A stretch of 64,000 bases of DNA from positions 30,938,001 to 31,002,000 of the forward strand of contig NC_043005.1 of NCBI RefSeq assembly GCF_006345805.1. Reading direction: 5' to 3'. The stretch comes from Octopus sinensis (taxonomy: Eukaryota). The notes beneath the pieces were generated by a model. The model saw nothing but the letters and a program-made list of their open reading frames with translations, made no database searches and was not told the DNA's origin. How positions within the stretch are numbered: the first letter of the stretch is position 1; the number at the start of each line of letters is the position of its first letter. Position numbers and translations under genes: made by a program. Of this stretch, positions 1 to 10,300 are shown one piece after another.

Positions 1-139
1 TATTTATATACAGGTAGAATAGTTAGTGAACTGTTATGTAGATGTATGAATGTGTGTGTGTGTATACGTATGTGTATATGCACATGTATATAGGCAAATG
101 GATATGAATGTAAACAGATAGACATACAGACGGATAGCT

Positions 140-530
140 AATATGAACAGACATAGCTAATATGAATAGACAAGCACACACACAAACATACGCAAATGAA
201 AACTGAAAAACATGATCATATACACACACACTTCACTTCACACAAGGACACATATGGGGACACACATCCACACAAATGGAGATACACATCCATACATAGA
301 CACAGTACATAGTCACAAAAACCCATACACACACACAGGCACACTCAGACTTCTACACACACATGCGCACAAACAAACAGAAAGAACGCAGCTGGGATAA
401 CGGACAGAGTCAACGACTATTGAAAAGGTTGCAAGATGCAACGAAAATTTTAGAAAAAAAAAATAAATGAGTGGAAACTTTACCGGTGAATGTGTTAAAT
501 AATAAGGCACCAAAAGAGAATGACTCTCCC
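140..530. repeat. Diverged CA-rich interspersed repeat, second copy at about 2468-2830
   Basis: Shared blocks such as gactattgaaaaggt.gcaagatgcaacgaaaattt and tgtgttaaataataaggcac. Confidence 0.7.
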
Positions 531-566
531 TAGATACAATAATATATATATATATATATATATGCA

Positions 567-713
567 GTTGGCGTTAGGAAGGGCATCCAGCTGTAGAAAC
601 ACTGCCAGATCTGACTGGGCCTGATGAAGCCTTCTGGCTTCACAGACCCCAGTTGAACCGTCCAACCCATGCTAGCATGGAAAACGGACGCTAAACGATG
701 ATGATGATGATGA
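567..713 (+). mobile_element. RTE-tail-type short retroposon ending in (GAT)n. Other copies at about 1323-1472, 7820-8180(-), 25505-25710, 25720-25890(-), 26960-27350
   Basis: gttggcgttaggaagggcatccagc...catgctagcatggaaaacggacgctaaacgatgatgat. The same tail ends the RTE RT-coding fragments at 11.2 and 49.1 kb. Confidence 0.85.
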
Positions 714-1707
714 TATATATATATATATATATGTAAACTCTGGTTTCTCTTCACTCCGAGTGGATAAATCTTTTGCCTTTTACTAAAGATTTTCGTGGGG
801 AGGAACATTTTAATGAGTCTATAGACTTATTTTGCAAGCCTCATCTAACCATGAGGCGATAAGTATTATAGGCACAGGAGTGGCTATGTAGTAAGTAATT
901 TGCTTACCAACCACATAGTTCCGGGTTCAGTTGCACTGCATGGCACCTTGGGCAAGTGTCTTCTACTATAGCCTTTCCTTAAACACAAGATATAATCTTC
1001 AAATTTAGGATGTTTTTGAAAGACCCTATATTTTATAATCAGATTATATATACTTTCTCACACAATTAAGATATATTTATTTTTAATTATTTATTTATTT
1101 TAAATCGTTCATCTTCCTCCCCCTTCTCTCACACACACATTACTTTGGGTGCGAAAAATGTTTTGTTGAGAATTCAATTATTTAACAACAAAGAAACAAA
1201 GCGGTAGGTAACAATTTGTCAGAGAATTACACAATATATGGGTACAATTTCCAAGGCTTCCACCACACCCCACATGGGGAAATTATTATTATGTATGTAT
1301 AATAATAATAATAATAAATGTATTGGCGTTAGGAAGGGCATCCAGCCGTAGAAACACTGCCAGATTTGACTGGGCCTGATGAAGCCTTCTGGCTTCACAG
1401 ACCCCAATAGAACCGTCCAACCCATGCTAGCATGGAAAACGGACGCTAAACGATGATGATGATGATGATGATGTATATAGCTAATAATGATAATAAAAAT
1501 AATAAGTAGGTGTAAACACATGAACAAAATAAAAATAAACTAAAACAAAACAGGAGATACAAATATTACAGGCACTTCTCTCCCACTAACTAAACATGGA
1601 CACACATAGAGGTATACGCATGCGCAAATGACGACACATACAATAGAAATACAAAATGGCTGACCGTTAGTAAGGAGAGACACACGAATAAGAAAGAAGA
1701 AAGCAAA

Positions 1708-1752
1708 GGACCACTGATGAGGTCACAGGAGTGTGACGAAAGAACTCTGGCC
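1708..1752 (+). ncRNA. Minimal type I hammerhead ribozyme motif (Penelope-type)
   Basis: GGACCA-CUGAUGA-G-GUCACA(GGAG)UGUGAC-GAA-AG(AA)CU-C-UGGCC. Core and stems I and II present, stem III only 2 bp. Confidence 0.6.
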
Positions 1753-2255
1753 GAAATAAGATTAAGATTAATGTAAAAAATAAATCACGCTGTAGCAAAG
1801 TAAAACCAAATATATAGTGCGTGTGTTTTTATTGGCTAAAATGGCAAAATGACCATTCCTAAATACAACAATATATATATAGACCACCAAAGTGGATTCC
1901 TAATAAGCTAAAGATAGACGCCAAATCGCCTTACCTCGAAGAGTGTGTTCTCAAGAAAAATTTCAGCAAATGCCAGAATATAAAAATGAGCAAGACAAAT
2001 GAAAATATATGAAATAAAAAACGATTACCTACTGACCATTGTTTTGTTTTGTTAATATTTACAAATATAAATATCTGTAAACTCATCAGCTAATTTTACC
2101 GGTTAGAGAGCACCGTTATTTAAAAATTAAATAATGATGGTAGAAATTGATATTAATCAATTAAAACCAGTGGCTTAGCATATTTAAAAAATCCGAAGAT
2201 TAAAAATTATATATATTATTTACATTTGACGGATATTTGTCCTCATTTTGTTGTT

Positions 2256-2301
2256 AACACAATGTTTCGGTTGATATACCGTCCAGCTTTCATCAGGTGT
2301 T
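2256..2301 (-). ncRNA. Degenerate minimal type I hammerhead motif
   Basis: Minus strand AACAC-CUGAUGA-AAGCUG..CAACC-GAA-ACAU-U-GUGUU. Stem I perfect, stem II and the stem III palindrome mismatched. Confidence 0.55.
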
Positions 2302-2851
2302 TTGGGGAAATTTCGAACCTGGGTTCTCATTCCTATGGTATTTTTAGATATTATTATTATACACACCCACACATCTATCTACTTATATGTGTATATGCAC
2401 ATGTATGTAAGCATATGGCTATGAAAATAACAGATCAACATACAGATGGATAGGTACATAGGTTATATGAACAGACAAGCACATATATGCAAATGAAGAC
2501 TGAAACACATGACCATATATATACACACTACTTCACACAAAGACACACATGGAAACACGTGTCCACACATATGGAGACGCACATCCATACATATGCACAC
2601 ACAAATATATATACATACACATACATACAAACATAGACACACACACACACACATGCACACAAACAAACAAAAAGGAACGTAGTGTAAATAACAGAAATAG
2701 TCAAGACTATTGAAAAGGTAGCAAGATGCAACGAAAATTTGAGAAAAATAAAAATAAGAAGCAAGTGGAAATTTTACCGGTAACTGTGTTAAATAATAAG
2801 GCACAAAAAGAAAATGACACTCCCCAGACAATAGAATGTGTGTGTGTGTGT

Positions 2852-2954
<103 letters not shown>

Positions 2955-3099
2955 CCTGCTCGCTTAGCCAGCGGGATGGCGTCATTTGAAGGCTAAAACA
3001 ATGCGAAGTGCATTGTGACCAGCGATGTGTAGCAACATCTGATAGCCTGAGCGCTCACGGTCACGGTGATATATATATATATACACACTATTACCTTGA

Positions 3100-3352
3100 G
3101 TCGACCAAAGCGTTGTGATTGGATTTGGTAGACAAAAACTGAAAGAAACCCTTCGTGTGTGTGTGTGTATCTGTTTGTACCCCCACCTTCGGTTGGCAAT
3201 CGTTGTTGGTATGTTTACGTCCCTGTAATCTAACGGCTCGGCTAAAAAGACCGATAGAATAAGTACTAGGCTTACAAAGAATAAGTCCTGGGGTCGATCT
3301 GCTCGACTAAAGGCAGTGCCCCAGCATGGCCGCTTGAAACAAGTAAAAGAAT
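3100..3352 (+). mobile_element. tRNA-derived SINE, 3' part
   Basis: Matches the body and tail of the full copy at 9724-10107 (gatagaataagtact.ggcttacaaagaataagtcc.ggggtcgat). Confidence 0.8.
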
Positions 3353-3373
3353 AAAAAACTATGGCATTTTAAT

Positions 3374-3401
3374 CCCGAGCAACGCCGGGTATCTCTGATA
3401 G
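3374..3401 (+). mobile_element. Isolated Helitron 3' end
   Basis: cccgagcaacgccggg hairpin then tatctctgatag, matching the end of the element at 5681-6035. Confidence 0.55.
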
Positions 3402-3802
3402 TTATTAAACCAGTTACTCTTTCAATTCAGGTTTGTAATACGATTTAGGTATGACGGTCAAATAAGAAACTGTCATATAACAGAACTGAATCAATTGACT
3501 TAGAAAACTCGAGCGAAGAGCAGGAGGAAGTGACACTCTTGGAGTTCGAGGAGAGCAAGTTCTCACAAGGAGAGGAGTAATCTCCCTTCGATATGACTGA
3601 AACCGGAAATTGATTAGTTCTTTCACCGGAGCCGTTAAACAAATTGTGTTATTTTAGCCTGTACTCTGGTCAAAACTTGGATCCGCAGTACAAAACTGTT
3701 TGGATTATACATCATTTTACTGTAGAGTAGTCCCAACCCCTCCCCCAAACTTATCCTTTTGGGGGATTAAAAAAAAAAATTTACACAAATTTCTGACTTG
3801 TC

Positions 3803-3824
3803 ATGGAAATCGATGCATCAGGAG
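3803..3824 (+). CDS. IWS1: IWS1 coding exon 1 (MEIDASG + 1 nt)
   Basis: ATG at 3803, donor GTATTT at 3825. Phase 1 matches exon 2 and recreates SGDQS. Confidence 0.75.
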
Positions 3825-3944
3825 GTATTTATTTTCACTTTTTGATTCATATCAAGGCTTTTATTTCGTGCATGATGCTGATAGACGGTGAACTTAGTAT
3901 TTTCGATTAACTCTTTACATATGTTTCTGTCTATCGTAAATATA

Positions 3945-4009
<65 letters not shown>

Positions 4010-4635
4010 CTGTGTGTAACAACCTTGACTGTTTATTATATAAAACACTTTTAGTATTTTGTTATCATGACATCCAACCTATTCCGTGTTTAAACTTATT
4101 GGACTCCATTTACAAAGCAATGATAATTGTATTTTTTTTTTCCGCTTTGCAGTCCTCTTTATTCTCTCTCTATAGCATAAAAAAAACCACAAAACATTCC
4201 ACCTGGACTTAAACATCAACAGAGACACCACCGACAGCAATCATGAGGGCTAATTTCTACTATTTGTCCAGTTTATATCTGTATGTGATAAGCTATTGAG
4301 CAAATATTGGCTATGTATTATCGATATAATGTTTCTTCACCTTTAATCGGCAATTCTGACCTCTTTTGAATATTCTTTTAGTTGAGTTAACATCATCGGA
4401 GCAATTTTATAAGTACTTTTTGATCTTTTTTAATTACCATACTGTTATGATTTTCTTCTCGACACCTATGTTTGTTTTTATAGTTCATCTCATAGTACCA
4501 TACGCCAATATACGAAAGCATGTAAAGTGTTTCACAATTTGTTGAATTTATTTTCCTTGTCTTTCTCTCACACACAAGCACTCATGTTTGTATTATATAT
4601 ATATATGTATTATATGTATATATGTAATATATATA

Positions 4636-4675
<40 letters not shown>

Positions 4676-5643
4676 CTGTGTGTAACAACCTTGACTGTTT
4701 ATTATATAAAACACTTTTAGTATTTTGTTATCATGACATCCAACCTATTCCGTGTTTAAACTTATTGGACTCCATTTACAAAGCAATGATAATTGTATTT
4801 TTTTTTTCCGCTTTGCAGTCCTCTTTATTCTCTCTCTATAGCATAAAAAAAACCACAAAACATTCCACCTGGACTTAAACATCAACAGAGACACCACCGA
4901 CAGCAATCATGAGGGCTAATTTCTACTATTTGTCCAGTTTATATCTGTATGTGATAAGCTATTGAGCAAATATTGGCTATGTATTATCGATATAATGTTT
5001 CTTCACCTTTAATCGGCAATTCTGACCTCTTTTGAATATTCTTTTAGTTGAGTTAACATCATCGGAGCAATTTTATAAGTACTTTTTGATCTTTTTTAAT
5101 TACCATACTGTTATGATTTTCTTCTCGACACCTATGTTTGTTTTTATAGTTCATCTCATAGTACCATACGCCAATATACGAAAGCATGTAAAGTGTTTCA
5201 CAATTTGTTGAATTTATTTTCCTTGTCTTTCTCTCACACACAAGCACTCATGTTTGTATTATATATATATATGTATTATATGTATATATGTAATATATAT
5301 ATATATATTATTACATATATGTATGAATGGGTACTATTTAAGAAGAGTGGTCTCGGTGCGCGCACTCGCGTACTTGCGCATGCGCGCTAGCTAGTCGTGA
5401 CTAGTCGATCCTTACTTTGTGTTTTATTTACTTGCTAAGTAGTCGTTTTAGGATGGACTAGTTATGACTAGCCAGCGCGGATGCGCGAGTACACGTGTGC
5501 GTGCACCGGACCACTCTTCTTAAATAGTACCTATGTGTTATATATATATGTATATATATGTATGTATTATATATACATATATTTGTACCATACACACACA
5601 CACACATATATATATGCATGTATCATATATACATATGTTTGTG

Positions 5644-5681
<38 letters not shown>

Positions 5682-7340
5682 TAGCAGTATCGCCCGGCGT
5701 TGCTCGGATTTGTAAGGGAAATAACTATATAAGCATTTTTAGAGATGTAAAGTATAATAGCCATCTCAATATGGTTAACCACAAAGGGGGGTGTTACTGT
5801 AGCTTTTTACGTATTGAGATTTAATAATAAACTTTTAGAGAATTAACTTCCCTTATATATGCCAAAAATGCATTAAAAATGGGAAAAATTGATGGTAATA
5901 CCCAGAAGGGCTCGATATGAATCACGACTATAAGATACCCGGTTTTGGTTAAACTGCACCGCAAAATGTGGGAGTAGTTAGGAATCTAAATCGTAGGAGA
6001 CAGACAGCACACAACCTTACTTTTATATATAAAGATATATATGCATGTACTTATATGGATCTTTTCAGTTTGAACGGCAGTTTTTTTTAATAATTTCTAT
6101 GTAACTAAAAAAATTTAAACTTCCTATACTGGTAGGATGTGTTTATAAAATATCTTTTTCTCTTGACTTTCTTGAGAAAATTCTGTAGTTTGTAAGATAT
6201 TTGGTCTGTAATTTCTTGCATTTCGACAATTTCAACCAATCAATGACGTCTATTGAGGTAAAAACAATATCTGCCAAAGTCTGTCAACAACAATTTTTTG
6301 CAGTGTCATGAAAATTTCCCTTAGAAACAGATTGGGTTTATTTACATTTCTGAAGAAAAAAGATACCCTTCCCCCACATCTAACCATAACTAACCCGCCC
6401 CGCCCCTAACTCTTACCTTAACCCTAACCCTAACTAACCCTAGAACAGATTGAAATGCAATAGATCGATACTAGGGTCATAATTATGGGTGGACACTAAA
6501 GAGTAAATAAACCCAATCTGTTTCTTAGGGACTTCAGCAGATATTGTTTTCACCTCAAGAGACGTCATTGATTGGTTGAAATTGCCGAAATGCAAAAAAT
6601 TACAGACAAAATATCTTACAAACTACAGAATTTTCTCAAGAAAACTAAGAGAAAAAGATGTTTTAGAAACACATTTGACCAGTATACGAAATTTAAAATT
6701 TAAAATATGATACATATATTATATATATAATGGCAGTGCCCCAGCATGGCCACAGCTCATGAGCTGAAACTAGAATCAATCAATCAATCAATCATATAAT
6801 ACATATACATATATTTATATATATACGTTTATATATTTGTTGTGCAAGATTTTTTATGTGAAGTCATGTGTTGAAACAGATTGTTATATTTCGGAATTCT
6901 AGGTGCAATCCCATGATCATTCATCACCAAAGGGGATCTCCTCCAGACATATATATGTATTATATATGTCTATTATATTTATTTATCTATGTATTATATA
7001 TCTGGCTATCTATCTATCTATATATATATATACACACACACACATCGTGAGGCTGTGAGTTTGAATCCCAGACCGAGCTGCGTGTTGTGTTCTTGAGCAA
7101 GACACTTTATTTCACGTTGCTCAAGTTCACTCGGCTGTAGAATTGAGTTCGATGTCACAAGTGCCAAGCTGTATCAGCCTTTGCCTTTCCCTTGGATAAC
7201 ACTGGTGGCGTGGAGAGGGGTGGTCGGTATGCATGGGCGACTGCTGGTCTTCCATAAAGCAATCTTGCCTGGGAGGGTAACTTTCTACGTGCAATCCCAT
7301 GGTCATTCATGACCGAAGAGGCGGGGGTCTTTCAGCATGT

Positions 7341-7380
<40 letters not shown>

Positions 7381-10300
7381 ATGTCCTGTACTCTATTTTT
7401 TTGTTAAGAAAAATGTCCATTTCCTTGGTTTTGTGTTTAACCTTTTGTTTCTCATTGTGTTCGACGTTTTTTTTTGGTGTCCTGTATCCATATATGCATG
7501 TATATATACAAGTAGAGGTAGGTACGTACATATTTGTATGTATATATGCATATGTTTTATTTATTTATTAATTTATTATATATATTGATATATTGTAGAT
7601 AAATTGTAGATAAAGAAATAAATGGAGTTAACACCTACATTTAACTCCATTTATTTATTTATCTGTGTTATATGAAAACATTTCACCAAGACCTGGAATT
7701 TCTACCTTTATAAGTAGGCTGTTTCATACTTGGTACTTATGTGAATTTTTGCTGCCCTAGTAACTATTTATTCATTGTTTCCATGTTACTTTTTAAACAT
7801 TCATTAAATACACATACATCATCATCATCGTTTAACGTCTGCTTTCCATGCTAGCATGGGTTGGACGATTTGATTGAGGGCTGGCAAACCAGATGGCTGC
7901 ACCAGGCTCCAATCTTGATCTGGCAGAGTTTCTACAGCTGGATGCCCTTTCTAACGCCAACCACTCCGAGAGTGTAGTGGGTACTTTTACGTGCCACCGG
8001 CACAAGGGCCAGCCAGGCAGTACTGGCAACGACCTCACTCGAACATTTTTCACGTGCCAGTAAGGCGATGCTGGTAACGATCACACTCGAATGGTGCCTT
8101 TTTTTATGTCACTGGCACGGAAACCAGTTGGCCACTCTGTCAACGATCATGCTCGTATGGTACTCTTTGCGCCCCGCTAGCATTTTAATAGGAGGGTTAG
8201 CGACCTTAAAAGTTGCAATTGTAGGTATAAAAACCACTGTAAACTTAACGGTAGATGTAATGTAATGGATGTAGTATATAAATATGTGGTTTCTGTAAAT
8301 ATAGATGGAAATGAAAAAAGCGAAATAAATAATACGGATATTGAAAGTTATCCAGATAGAACGTATATTGGGTCCACATCGAATAAAATTAAACAACGAA
8401 TAGCACAGCATATGAATTCATTTAGAAATAAGAAACTAATGAAATCAACAGGTTTAAGTAAATACATTTGGAGGTTAAACTTGAAAGAAATCAAATATGA
8501 ATTAAAGTGGGAAATAATAAGTAAAACTAAATCATATAGAATTGAGAATACGTTATGTCTGTTGTGTACCCATGAATTAATGGAGATATTATGGGCCAAA
8601 ACGAGACTACTTAACGCTCAGAAGGAAAAAAAAATGAAATGTAAACATACCCGGCAAGACTAGTCAGGCCATAACCCGTGGCCCCTACTTGGGACGTAGT
8701 CAGTCCACCTGTGCATACCTTCCTTCCTTCCTGTGACACTTGTGAAGACCTGTTGAGGCAAGTGAAAATCAAAATCAAATCAAATCAAATCAAAATAGAT
8801 GAACATCAATGGAATTTGTATCTTTGTGGTACCAGTGCCGGTGGCACACAAGAAAACCATCCGAACGTGGCCGTAGCCAGTACCGCATCGACTGGCCTCC
8901 GTGCTGTGGGCACGTAACAAACACCATCCGATCGTGGCCGTTCGCCAGCCTCATCTGGCACCTGTGTCGGTGGCACATAAAAACACCATCCGAAGACCCG
9001 GCAAGACTAGTCAGGCCATAACCCATGGCCCCTACCTGGGACGTAGTCAGTCCACCTGTGCATACCTTCCTTCTTGTGACACTTGTGAAGGCCTGTTGAG
9101 GCAAGTGAAAATCAAATCAAAACAAATCAAAATAGATGAACATCAATGGAATTTGTATCTTTGTGGTACCAGTGCCGGTGGCACACAAGAAAATCATCCG
9201 AACGTGGCCGTAGCCAGTACCGCATAGACTGGCCTCCGTGCTTTGGGGACGTAACAAACACCATCCGATCGTGGCCGTCCGCCAGCCTCATCTGGCACCT
9301 GTGTCGGTGGCACATAAAAACACCATCCGAGCGTGGCCGTCTGCCAGCCTCGTCTGGCACCTGTGTCGGTGGCACATGAAAACACCATCCGAGCGTGGCC
9401 GTTCGCCAGCCTCGTCTGGCACCTGTGTCGGTGGCACATAAAATCACCCACTACACTCTCGGAGTGGTTGGCGTTAGGAAGGGCATCCAGCTGTAGAAAC
9501 ACTGCCAGATCTGACTGGCCTGGTGCAGCCTTCGGACTCCCCAGACCCCAGTTGAACTGTCCAACCCATGCTAGCATGGAAAACGGACGCTAAATGATGA
9601 TGATGATGATGATGATGACACTGAAGTGTTTAATTAATAACGTCCAACCCTAAAATAAAGAAATAAATTTAATTTGTATGTAATGTTACTACTACTATTA
9701 TTTAATATGAACGTATTCTACTAGGCGCAGGAATGGCTGTGTGGTAAGTAGCTTGCTTACCAACCACATGGTTCCGGGTTCAGTCCCACTGTGTGGCATC
9801 TTGGGCAAGTATCTTCTACTATAGCCTCGGGCCAACCAAAGCCTTGTGAGTGGATTTGGTAGATGGAAACTGAAAGAAGCCCGTTGTATATATGTATATA
9901 TATGTTTGTGTGTCTGTGCTTGTTCCCCTAGCATTGCTTGACAACTGATGCTGGTGTGTTTACGTCGCTGTCACTTAGCGGTTCGCAAAAGAGAGCGATA
10001 GAATAAGTACTGGGCTTACAAAGAATAAGTCCCGGGGTCGATTTGTTTGACTAAAGGTGGTGCTCCAGCATGGCTGCAGTCAAATGACTGAAACAAGTAA
10101 AAGAGAGAGTATTAGTTTAAATTAACTTACCATTCGATGTGGGGAGGTATAGTAGTGTGGTGAGTGTGAACAAAGGGTGGGAATAATAAGAAATAAAAGA
10201 AAGTAATGCCCACATAATGCATTTATTTATTTCTTGCACCATTGTTACTATTAAGATAATATGCTAATTAAGCAACAGTTTAAAAGAAGCAGCAAGTATG

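Noticed and set aside
615-650. CTGATGA followed by a hairpin in RTE-tail copies (also about 1375, 25613, 27259) as hammerheads
   Set aside because: No GAAA after the hairpin and no stem I/III. Other copies read ctggtgcagcc, so the core is incidental.
6400-6445. Telomere or chromosome-fusion relic
   Set aside because: Short, degenerate and located inside a foldback element.
9290-9440. About 59-bp direct repeats resembling a CRISPR array
   Set aside because: No unique spacers, eukaryotic context, and part of the RTE 3' UTR.
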